DNA of 20,692 bases from Candidatus Algichlamydia australiensis (lineage in GTDB: Bacteria > Chlamydiota > Chlamydiia > Chlamydiales > JAJFMI01). Under the pieces are notes generated by a model. That model made no database searches. It saw nothing but the letters and a program-made list of their open reading frames with translations, and was not told the origin of the DNA. The stretch lies in NCBI GenBank assembly GCA_033977065.1, contig JAXCHI010000007.1, positions 1 through 20,692 of the forward strand, in the 5' to 3' direction. Of this stretch, positions 1 through 7,983 are shown one piece after another. A program made the position numbers and the translations under genes. Within the stretch, counting starts at the first letter, position 1. Every line of letters starts with the position of its first letter.

Positions 1-1304
1 TCCGCCTGACTGAAGAGTTTATTCCTTTAGATGTTGAAGAAGGTTCGATTCAAGAAGCTACAGAGAAGACAATATTTGGAGAGCTCTTAAGTAAAACCTT
101 GGGTGTAGCTGCTGCAAAATTTAGCAGAACAGCTACTGAAAAAGATCGATTCGCTGAAGTGCTAAGGGTTTTTGAGCTTGATTCTACGCCTTCAGCTAAA
201 GTTTTAGAAGCGCTTTTAGAATTAAAAGATCTAAAAAATCCATTGATTTATCTGGCTGATAATCTTGAAGAGCATACCAATAAGGTGCCTAACTACCAAA
301 TTTTGTTGGAATTGATCCAAACTGGTGGAGATATTTTGTCTGTGGGAGCTGAAGGGTCTCTTCTTCTCCATATTGTTCTCTATGACATTAGAAATTATAA
401 AGGAAATCTGCCTGAGGGAGAACTAACCTTCACTAAAGAATTGATATTAGCACTTGTAGCAAAAGGAGTGGATATCAATGTCTCGAATGACCGTGGCTAC
501 ACAGCAGCGCATTTTGCCGCAGCAGCGAAAAACCCAGATTTTCTTCGGTTCTTGGTTCAATACACTGATGTTGACCTGAAAAGTACTGCTAAAGATGGGG
601 TCACACCGCTAATGGCAGCTGGTCAAAATGGCAAAAAAGAGAACGAAAATTACCTGCTAGATGTTCTAGCGAAAGATCAACTTACTCCTGAAGAGGAATT
701 AGAGTATAAGCATGTCTTAGAAGTGTATGGTTTGACAGGCCATCCTTCAATCGCAGTTCTTGAGGTGTTAAAAGAGGCTCAACCCTCGTTAGTCGATCTG
801 TTATACCGTTTAGATGAAAATAGAGATGGTGTTCCAAATTTACGTATCTTCAAAGAGCTTGTTGAGGCAGGTGTTGATGTTCATATAAGCGATAAGAATG
901 GGAGAAATCCTCTCCATCTTCTTGTATCCTTTGCAAGTTTGCTTGATATAAAAGAGTGTATAAGCGTGGCTACACTGCTCATTAACAAGGGATTAGATGT
1001 GAATACGGCTGATAGTCAAGGAGCTACTATCGCTCACATTGCTGCATCTAAGCCACTTGAACTTCTAAAATTTCTTGGGACAAGAGTAGATATAAATTTT
1101 GATGAAGCAACAAATTTAGGTTGGACGCCTCTTCATTACGCCACATATAACGGGATGGCTGCTAACGTTAAGTACCTTTTAGAGACTGGGGTAAGAAAAA
1201 ACCCGCTAAATAATGAAAGCCAACCTCCAATAGACTTTGTTAATGGTCCCAACTGGTCGAATGCTGACGAAAAAGAGGAAGTGCGTAGACTTCTAAATAA
1301 ATAA
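1..1304 (+). CDS. Ankyrin-repeat protein, 5'-partial (putative host-directed effector)
   Basis: Frame has no stop from nt 3 (RLTEEFIPLDV...) to TAA at 1302-1304, so the true start is upstream of the window. Ankyrin motifs: GVDINVSNDRGYTAAHFAA, DGVTPLMAA, NGRNPLHLLV, GLDVNTADSQGATIAHIAA, LGWTPLHYAT. Confidence 0.9.
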   Translation, partial: RLTEEFIPLDVEEGSIQEATEKTIFGELLSKTLGVAAAKFSRTATEKDRFAEVLRVFELDSTPSAKVLEALLELKDLKNPLIYLADNLEEHTNKVPNYQILLELIQTGGDILSVGAEGSLLLHIVLYDIRNYKGNLPEGELTFTKELILALVAKGVDINVSNDRGYTAAHFAAAAKNPDFLRFLVQYTDVDLKSTAKDGVTPLMAAGQNGKKENENYLLDVLAKDQLTPEEELEYKHVLEVYGLTGHPSIAVLEVLKEAQPSLVDLLYRLDENRDGVPNLRIFKELVEAGVDVHISDKNGRNPLHLLVSFASLLDIKECISVATLLINKGLDVNTADSQGATIAHIAASKPLELLKFLGTRVDINFDEATNLGWTPLHYATYNGMAANVKYLLETGVRKNPLNNESQPPIDFVNGPNWSNADEKEEVRRLLNK

Positions 1305-1314
1305 ACCTTTGTTA

Positions 1315-1342
1315 GTTTAACATAAGATACATTATCCGACGT
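1315..1342 (-). other. dif: dif site (XerC/XerD recombination site)
   Basis: Minus strand reads ACGTCGGATAA-TGTATC-TTATGTTAAAC. E. coli dif is GGTGCGCATAA-TGTATA-TTATGTTAAAT. XerD arm matches 10/11, spacer 5/6, and the inner ATAA of the XerC arm is kept. The site is intergenic. Confidence 0.85.
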
Positions 1343-1355
1343 TGCTACAATAGGT

Positions 1356-1393
1356 AAAACAAGGTAAGGTTTCCACCCTACCTTGTTTTTTTT
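1356..1393 (+). terminator. Rho-independent terminator downstream of the ankyrin gene
   Basis: AAAACAAGGTAAGGT-TTCC-ACCCTACCTTGTTTT hairpin (15-bp stem, 1 mismatch) running into a T tract. Confidence 0.75.
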
Positions 1394-1458
1394 AAAGCCG
1401 CATAAATTATCAGAATTTCAAAATTGCTGATAAATTCTTCAAAGAATAAGATGATTAC

Positions 1459-1791
1459 ATGCTTGAGACCATTCTTAGATACCCAGAGAATCTCCTTGAA
1501 CCACCAGATTTTAAGAGTCTTTTCACTAGTGCCCAAGCGCTTCTAGTGCAGTTAGCAGACGTCCAGATTGAAAATTGCAAAAACACGATTATTAAAAGAA
1601 TGCCTGCCAAAGAACCCATTCTTAACTTTGATGTCTGGTTTCCTAGCAAGATAAGAGATCTAGATATCCTAAGGGATCTAGAAAAATCTCTAACTGCTTT
1701 AACAAAACAAGAATTTGCAAAATCAATTGAACAGCTCGGATTAAAGATTTACGTGTCATTTAACTGGCCTCGTATTCGGTGGTCTAGATAA
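1459..1791 (+). CDS. Tautomerase-superfamily (CHMI/HpcD-like) paralogue lacking the catalytic Pro1
   Basis: Aligns by eye with the downstream gene: MLETILRYPENLLEPPDFKSLF vs MPHLFLEYTENIQETPDFPKLF; LVQLADVQIENCK vs LAQIADADPKSCK; LTKQEFAKSIEQLGLKIYVS vs LLKEEFALAIEKFDLQITVS. Confidence 0.65.
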   Translation: MLETILRYPENLLEPPDFKSLFTSAQALLVQLADVQIENCKNTIIKRMPAKEPILNFDVWFPSKIRDLDILRDLEKSLTALTKQEFAKSIEQLGLKIYVSFNWPRIRWSR

Positions 1792-1834
1792 TAAAATATT
1801 TTTCCAAAAATGCTGAATATTTTATGATGGGACC

Positions 1835-2368
1835 ATGCCTCACCTATTTCTAGAATATACAGAAAACATCCAAGAAACGCCTGACTTTCCCAAGCTCTTT
1901 GATCGTTGTCATGAGCATCTTGCTCAAATTGCAGATGCTGATCCAAAAAGCTGTAAAAGTCGAGTTTTTAAAGAAGATGTCTATCATATCGGTTCTGGTG
2001 ATCCAAAAAGTGCTTTTATCCATCTCTGTGTTTATATGGCAAATGGCAGAACACCTCAGGTTAAAAAAGAGCTAGTAATCCGTAACAGAAAATTTTGCTA
2101 TTCTTTTTAACGTGAAAGCTCTCGCGATTGAGCTATCGCAACTCACCTAGTATTAATCAAATACGAGGTGATTTTCGATAGTTCAATCCCGAGGCTTTGA
2201 CGTAAAAATAATGCTAAAATTTTCTGTTATGGAGTACTAGGTACTACCCTGCTCAACCTTTTGAAAGAAGAATTTGCATTGGCAATAGAGAAGTTCGATT
2301 TGCAGATTACCGTATCTGTTGAAGAATTTGATAAGAATTTCTATTTCAAGTTTCCTGGCTCTGTATAA
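1835..2368 (+). pseudogene. 5-carboxymethyl-2-hydroxymuconate isomerase (CHMI)-family tautomerase gene interrupted by a 165-bp insertion
   Basis: N-terminus MPHLFLEYTEN...CKSR...FIHL...GRT.Q.KKEL is typical of the CHMI family. Removing 2076-2240 restores a 122-aa ORF that continues GTTLLNLLKEEFALAIEKFDLQITVSVEEFDKNFYFKFPGSV* (TAA 2366-2368). The ORF track's 91-aa product ends at a stop inside the insertion. Confidence 0.8.
2072..2240. mobile_element. Palindromic MITE-like element with CTAG (or TA) target duplication
   Basis: CTAG at 2072-2075 and 2237-2240. Left arm 2072-2154 (CTAGTAATCCGTAACAGAAAATTTT...TCACCTAGTATT) is an imperfect reverse complement of right arm 2160-2240 (AATACGAGGTGA...AAAATTTTCTGTTATGGAGTACTAG), with a 5-nt loop AATCA. 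Confidence 0.85.
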
Positions 2369-2622
2369 CGAGAGGCGCTTCAATGTTGTCTTATAATAAT
2401 AGGCTCTATTTTTTTTAAGAGTTTTTTGTACATTTTTGCTCACCTTAGTTCCGTTTTATGCAGTTTCTTGATTAATTCAAGTCCAATTTCAAGGTAAATC
2501 CAGAAAATCTATTACGAAAACAACCAATATTTACGGAGGTAGTTGTAAACCGGAAGCTTTGCGAGACGTATCACTTTTAATTTTTTTTCAATTATATATT
2601 CAATTAACTATAAACTGGTTTT

Positions 2623-3417
2623 ATGGAGCTTTTACCCTATATTCTCTTGCTGCTTACAGGTGTTTTAGCGGGTACCCTAGCGGGTCTTCTTGGAATCGGA
2701 GGTGGAATTGTTACAACGCCCTGCTTAGTGGCTGTTTTTTCACTTTTAGCTGTTGATCATACAGAGCTCATGCATCTGGCCATTGGAACTTCCCTTGCTT
2801 GTATGGTTTTAACTAGCGCAAGCTCAACAATTGCTCACCATAGAAAAAAAGGAGTGGTCTGGTCAATCTATCCCCGGCTAGGAATTGGGATTATTCCTGG
2901 GGCAATTTTAGGCGCTTATGTGGCCAAACTCCTCCCCTCCTCTACGCTCAGATTGATTTTTGGTCTTTTTGTTATTCTTGTGGGACTTCATTTTTTGCGG
3001 AAGAAACAGAGAGGCGAGGAGCATCCAAAAAGCAAGTCGCTTTGGTTATACACCTTAATTGGATTTGGTGTAAGCTCTGTCTCGGCACTTTTAGGAATTG
3101 GAGGAGGCTTGATTATGGTGCCTCTTCTCCATTTAATGGGTTTATCGATTCGCAGCTCAGTTGGAACAGCTGCTTCAACTGGTCTGTTGGTTGCAGTTGT
3201 TGGCACGATAAGCTTTCTTCTTTTTGGACTAAATGATCCAGTTGATGCATCTGGACAGCTAGGTTTTGTCTACTTGCCAGCTTTTCTTATTATAGGAATT
3301 GTATCACCTATTTTCGCGCCGATTGGAGCTCATTTCGCTCATAAAATCCCTACAAATACTTTACGAAAAATTTTTGCATTAGCACTTATACTTGCAGGAA
3401 TTGCTCTATTTCTATAA
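2623..3417 (+). CDS. TauE/SafE (TSUP) family membrane exporter
   Basis: Highly hydrophobic 264 aa with duplicated GLLGIGGG / ALLGIGGG motifs, plus AIGTSL and VGTAA. Confidence 0.9.
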   Translation: MELLPYILLLLTGVLAGTLAGLLGIGGGIVTTPCLVAVFSLLAVDHTELMHLAIGTSLACMVLTSASSTIAHHRKKGVVWSIYPRLGIGIIPGAILGAYVAKLLPSSTLRLIFGLFVILVGLHFLRKKQRGEEHPKSKSLWLYTLIGFGVSSVSALLGIGGGLIMVPLLHLMGLSIRSSVGTAASTGLLVAVVGTISFLLFGLNDPVDASGQLGFVYLPAFLIIGIVSPIFAPIGAHFAHKIPTNTLRKIFALALILAGIALFL

Positions 3418-3426
3418 ACTAGTTGT

Positions 3427-4197
3427 ATGGATCCCGGCGCTTATTACGCAGAACACTCAATTCACCAAAAACGATTCGCAAAAGAATTCCTTCAAAACCT
3501 TAAAGTAGAGCCGGGTTCGGTCTATTTAGATGTCGGCTGTGGTGAAGGAAAGATTACTTCTGATCTTACACGTAAATATCGTCTAACTTCTTTAGGTACG
3601 GATAGAAGCAATTCCATGATTGAGTATGCGAATAACCACTACCGCACAGAAAACCTTTCATTTATTCAGACTGACGCGGAGTGCTTTGTAAAAAACAATC
3701 ATTACAACCTCATCACATGTTTAACAATGCTTCATTGGGTAAAAAAACCAGAAGTTGCGCTTCAAAACATGTACAACTCTCTTCAGGAAAATGGTTCTCT
3801 CTATCTCCTTGTTAACCCGAGAGAATCAGAGCTTTTTCAGGTCTATATTAAAACGCTTGAGAAAGAGAAGTGGGCTTATCTAAATGATAGAGTGATTGGT
3901 CTCGGACGTAAATATTCTGATGAATATTTAAAAATAATCCGTGAAATAGGTTTTGTTGTCGAAAGATCCTGTTTAGAAGAGGGCTCTCTCTACATGGATA
4001 GCTTTGACGATTATAAAAACCACGTAAGAGGTTTTGTTCAAAATATCGTCTCACTAAAAGAGAGTGAAATAGAAGAATTTATTGAAGATATGGTTAGCGA
4101 AGCAAAGAGCCTTTTCCATAGAAATCAAGAGGGTAAAATAGTCGTGAAGGGTCGTGTCCTAAGTGTGATTTGTACGAAAGTCCTTTCGGAGAATTGA
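3427..4197 (+). CDS. Class I SAM-dependent methyltransferase (Tam-like small-molecule methyltransferase), copy 1
   Basis: Motif I YLDVGCGEG, GTDRS..MI, TDAE, LTMLHWV. Confidence 0.9.
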   Translation: MDPGAYYAEHSIHQKRFAKEFLQNLKVEPGSVYLDVGCGEGKITSDLTRKYRLTSLGTDRSNSMIEYANNHYRTENLSFIQTDAECFVKNNHYNLITCLTMLHWVKKPEVALQNMYNSLQENGSLYLLVNPRESELFQVYIKTLEKEKWAYLNDRVIGLGRKYSDEYLKIIREIGFVVERSCLEEGSLYMDSFDDYKNHVRGFVQNIVSLKESEIEEFIEDMVSEAKSLFHRNQEGKIVVKGRVLSVICTKVLSEN

Positions 4198-4964
4198 TGA
4201 CAGACTTGTATGATGGATCTTACTACTCGAATCACTCTATCCACCAGAAAAACTTTGCTAAAGAGTTTCTTAAAAATTTAAAAATCGCGCCAAAGTCTCT
4301 TTATCTTGATATGGGGTGTGGAGATGGCAAAATCACATCCGACATTGCTGAAGAGCATGACTTGACTGCTTTAGGAGTAGACCGTAGCGCTTCAATGATT
4401 GCCTTTGCGAATGAGAACTACCACAAAGATAACATCTCTTTTTTACAGGATGATGCAGAGGATTATGTAAAACCTGAGAAGTTTGACCTTATTACCTCTC
4501 TAACAATGCTCCATTGGGTTAATAACCCTCAAAAAGCTTTGCAAAATATCTACAAATCCCTGAAAAAAAACGGGACGTTCTATCTTCTGCTTAGTCCAAG
4601 AGAATCCGAACTATTTCAAATCTATCTCAAAACACTAAGAAGGAAAAAATGGCGTGAGATTGGAGAGAGAGTAATTGGAACCAATCGCAAATATTACGAT
4701 GAATACTTGAAAATTTTAAGAGAGGCGGGATTTACGATTGAAAACGCTTTTTTAAAGGATCGATTCGTCCTGATGAATAATCTAGATGACTATAAAAAGC
4801 ATGTAAGGAGCTTTGTGCAAAATATCGTCCTATTAAAAGAAGATGAAATCGAAGAGTTCATCGAAGACGTTGCCCAAGAAGCCTCTGATTTTTTTGAAAA
4901 AGATGAAAAAGGGAGAATGATTGTAAAAGGGCGAGGCTTAGGCGTCATCTGCAGAAAGCTGTGA
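4197..4964 (+). CDS. Class I SAM-dependent methyltransferase, copy 2 (tandem paralogue)
   Basis: Motif I YLDMGCGDG, GVDRS..MI, FDLITSLTMLHWV. Start placed at ATG 4197 (TGATG overlap with copy 1 stop), which makes it colinear with copy 1. Confidence 0.9.
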   Translation: MTDLYDGSYYSNHSIHQKNFAKEFLKNLKIAPKSLYLDMGCGDGKITSDIAEEHDLTALGVDRSASMIAFANENYHKDNISFLQDDAEDYVKPEKFDLITSLTMLHWVNNPQKALQNIYKSLKKNGTFYLLLSPRESELFQIYLKTLRRKKWREIGERVIGTNRKYYDEYLKILREAGFTIENAFLKDRFVLMNNLDDYKKHVRSFVQNIVLLKEDEIEEFIEDVAQEASDFFEKDEKGRMIVKGRGLGVICRKL

Positions 4965-5735
4965 CCAGAGAACATGGTGAGGTAGAGAGTGCCCTTCACC
5001 GTAGCCAAAAATAACTCTTGTTTTTCCACCGGAGTTGCACTTCTTTAGTCGCTCAGTGTAAAGGTTATCATCTCGATTAGAAAGAACCTCATCTGGAATT
5101 TGAAAATGCACAGCCACATTCATCGACAGATCTTTCAACTTTTTTAGAACTTCAATCGGCTCCATATCGTTTGTCTGATAGTGGTTACCAATCACTATTA
5201 GTTCCTCACTTTCTCCACGAAAATCAATGATTTCTGCAACAGATTTGAGTGGAGTATCGAGGATGATCTTTCCATTTCGCAAGAGTTGAAGGATCTTCTC
5301 TTTTTCTTGGCTGTGTATTCCTATTTTTTGAAGCTGGTCATCAAAATGATGAGAAGTGAGAGCGTGCAAAACATTGATGATCGCTCCCCCACCTGCTGAG
5401 TGCCCATACAAGCTCATCTCTTGTAGATCTTCAATTGCTAAACACTCCTTCAAAATGAAGAGAGCTGGGAGTATCTCTTTTGGAGTTCCAAACACAGTCT
5501 TATGAGGATCAAATGTTCCGCTTAGTTTCCCCGCATTAGGAAAGTTAAAACCAATAACTGTCTCTTTAGTTGACGATTGATCGCTTACGTCATGTGCAAT
5601 AGTGGCATCACCTTCCATGCCATGAAAACAGATCATAATTCTTTTTGGGCTACCTGGAACTTCAATAAGATTCAAATCGTATTGAAAGAGGGCCAAAAAC
5701 GGTGTAATGAGATGAAGTAAAATCTTGTTTTGCAT
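4938..5735 (-). CDS. Alpha/beta-fold hydrolase, possibly exported
   Basis: Oxyanion-like FHG, nucleophile elbow GHSAGG, candidate Asp (DEVL) and His (GHSLPH), hydrophobic N-terminus. ATG at 5735 preferred over TTG at 5762. Confidence 0.75.
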   Translation of the reverse strand: MQNKILLHLITPFLALFQYDLNLIEVPGSPKRIMICFHGMEGDATIAHDVSDQSSTKETVIGFNFPNAGKLSGTFDPHKTVFGTPKEILPALFILKECLAIEDLQEMSLYGHSAGGGAIINVLHALTSHHFDDQLQKIGIHSQEKEKILQLLRNGKIILDTPLKSVAEIIDFRGESEELIVIGNHYQTNDMEPIEVLKKLKDLSMNVAVHFQIPDEVLSNRDDNLYTERLKKCNSGGKTRVIFGYGEGHSLPHHVLWSQLSADDA

Positions 5736-5765
5736 TATCAGAATCTTATTGTAAGATATCAAAAT

Positions 5766-6968
5766 ATGAAGGTAAATTCTACTAAAATAATTTTGATCTT
5801 TTTGCTGGTTTTAATCACTTTAGGCCAGTTTGGAGTAGATCTATTTTTACCCTCACTGCCTCACATTGCAAAGAGCCTAAACACTGCCATTTCATCGGTA
5901 AAACTTACAGTTCCCGTCTATCTTTTAGGACTTGGAATTTCCCAGCTTTTTTACGGCCCTATTTCAGATTGTATTGGAAGAAAACCTACTTTGCTTGTTG
6001 GCTTAACTCTTTTTGGAATAGGTTCACTCGGATGCGCTTTAGCTAATGGTGCCGCGATTCTCACAGTATTTCGTATCATTCAGGGTTTTGGTGCTGGTGC
6101 TGCTATTGTACGAGCAATTATGCGGGACGCTTTTCATGGTAAGCAGATGGCAAAAGCATCTGCCTTAGTTGTAATGGTCTGGTCTGTAACTCCAATTGTG
6201 GCGCCTGTGATTGGAGGATACATTCAAACGTATTTGGGGTGGCGCGCGAACTTTGCAATCATGTTAATTTATGCTTCTCTTATCTGGATGTTTGTCTTTT
6301 TTCGTTTTCCTGAGACTCTTGATGACGATCACAAAAAAGACTTAAATATTCGACTTGTTCTCGGAATTTATAAGAAAATCTTTTCTTGTAAGCTTTTTTT
6401 AGCCTTCAGTCTTATGTCTTCATTTTGTTACGGCTATTTCATTAGTTTTGCAACAGCAAGCCCCTTCCTTTTTCAGAACCAGCTTGGGCTCTCCCCTGTT
6501 CAGTTTGGATGGACCCTGCTTGTCATTGCGTTTGGGACAGCTCTCGGATCGATTATTTGTAGACACGCAGTAGCACGCTTTAAAATTACACAAATCATAT
6601 TTGCTGGTAGCCTCTGTACACTTATTGCAACCCTTGTGATGACTCTGCTTGCCTGGGTAGGAATTTTCAATGTTGCATCGGTGTTGATCCCTCCATTTTT
6701 TGGAAGCATTGGTGGTGGAATGCTTTTTCCAAACTGCACTACAGGAGCTATGACTCCTTATAAAGCAAATGCAGGAGCAGCTGGTGCAGCCCTTGGGTTT
6801 ATCCAGATGTTTAATAGTTTCATTTTTACTGCGATTATTAGCTATGTTTCTGCCAAAACTGCCCTTCCCCTCTCTCTTGAACTCTTAGTCATCTCAATAT
6901 TAATGTTTGTCTTATTTATGACCTATATTCGCTTCCATTTTGAAGAGGAGGAAGAAATCCATGCCTAA
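5766..6968 (+). CDS. Bcr/CflA-family drug-resistance MFS transporter
   Basis: DLFLPSLP, motif A GPISDCIGRKP, FRIIQGFG, APVIGG, LGWR, FPETL; about 12 TM segments. ATG at 5766. Confidence 0.92.
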   Translation: MKVNSTKIILIFLLVLITLGQFGVDLFLPSLPHIAKSLNTAISSVKLTVPVYLLGLGISQLFYGPISDCIGRKPTLLVGLTLFGIGSLGCALANGAAILTVFRIIQGFGAGAAIVRAIMRDAFHGKQMAKASALVVMVWSVTPIVAPVIGGYIQTYLGWRANFAIMLIYASLIWMFVFFRFPETLDDDHKKDLNIRLVLGIYKKIFSCKLFLAFSLMSSFCYGYFISFATASPFLFQNQLGLSPVQFGWTLLVIAFGTALGSIICRHAVARFKITQIIFAGSLCTLIATLVMTLLAWVGIFNVASVLIPPFFGSIGGGMLFPNCTTGAMTPYKANAGAAGAALGFIQMFNSFIFTAIISYVSAKTALPLSLELLVISILMFVLFMTYIRFHFEEEEEIHA

Positions 6969-7983
6969 AAAAGAGTTGCCATTCGAATTGAAAATTCCAG
7001 TAATTCAGGCACCCATGGCTGGAGGGCACACTACCCCAGAACTTGTTGCAGCAGTTTCAAATGGAGGCGGCCTAGGCTCATTAGGAGCTGGATATATGGA
7101 ACCTGAAGCGATACGAGAAGCGATTCAAAAAATTCGCACCTTAAGCTCGCTCCCCTTCAATGTAAATCTTTTTGTTCCTCCGCCCCAAACCTCTTCACCA
7201 CCAATTGAACGAATGCAAAAGATTCTCGCGAAAATGTGGAAAGAGCTTAGTAGCGAATCTTTTGAAGTGCCCTCTTTTTCACTCCCCTCTTTTGAAGAGC
7301 AAGTTGAAGTGCTAATTGAAGAAAAAGTTTCGATTTTTAGTTTTACTTTTGGCATTCCTCCTTCGGCAATTTTGGATCAATTTCGTGATAAAGGAATAAA
7401 AATAGTGGGGACAGCAACAACACCAGAAGAGGCGCAAAAACTAGAAAAAGCAAACGTGAATGCGATTGTTTGTCAGGGAAAAGAAGCAGGCGGGCATCGA
7501 GGGAATTTTTCCACAGATGATCCATTTTACGATCTTTCAACTCTATTGAAACTAACAAAAGAAAAAGTTTCTACTCCCCTAATTGCCGCGGGAGGTTTGA
7601 TGGATGGGCCTTCTGTAGCTCATGCCCTGCAACAAGGCGCTTTCGCAGCACAGCTCGGCACTGTATTTCTGACTACAAAAGAGAGTGGAAGCGCCCCGAT
7701 TTATAAAAAAACTCTCTTACAAAAACCTCCTTTATCGACCGTTATAACAAAAGCATTCACAGGAAAAAATGCTCGAGCCGTCTCAAATGACTTTATAAAC
7801 CGTTTAAAAGGATCAGCTGTTCCTGAGTACCCTATCCAGCATTTTTTGACTAAAAAATTGCGAACCCTAGCTACAGAGAAAGAGAAAGTAGATCTTATGT
7901 CTATCTGGGCAGGAGAAAACTACCCCCAGTGTCAAGACCTTACCGTTGCAGAATTACTATCTAAAATTATAGACAATCTATGA
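6961..7983 (+). CDS. Nitronate monooxygenase (2-nitropropane dioxygenase-like) flavoprotein
   Basis: PVIQAPMAGG, AAVSNGGGLG, PFNVNLF, QGKEAGGHRG, IAAGG, AQLGTVF, WAGE. GAGGAGG RBS before ATG 6961, which overlaps the MFS stop. Confidence 0.92.
   Translation: MPKKELPFELKIPVIQAPMAGGHTTPELVAAVSNGGGLGSLGAGYMEPEAIREAIQKIRTLSSLPFNVNLFVPPPQTSSPPIERMQKILAKMWKELSSESFEVPSFSLPSFEEQVEVLIEEKVSIFSFTFGIPPSAILDQFRDKGIKIVGTATTPEEAQKLEKANVNAIVCQGKEAGGHRGNFSTDDPFYDLSTLLKLTKEKVSTPLIAAGGLMDGPSVAHALQQGAFAAQLGTVFLTTKESGSAPIYKKTLLQKPPLSTVITKAFTGKNARAVSNDFINRLKGSAVPEYPIQHFLTKKLRTLATEKEKVDLMSIWAGENYPQCQDLTVAELLSKIIDNL

Noticed and set aside
1395..1422. AAGCCGCATAA resembling an XerC arm near dif
   Set aside because: No XerD-like arm at 6-bp spacing.
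1791..1825. 10-bp perfect IR ATAAAATATT/AATATTTTAT between the tautomerase genes
   Set aside because: Entirely A/T and low complexity, so plausible by chance.
2237..2443. 68-aa minus-strand ORF
   Set aside because: Mostly antisense to the C-terminal half of the interrupted tautomerase, and its stop is the element's CTAG. No motif.
2444..2560. Weak inverted repeats (TTCCGTTTTA/TAAACCGGAA, CTTGATTAATTCAAG) upstream of the TauE gene
   Set aside because: Too short and mismatched to support an element or operator call.
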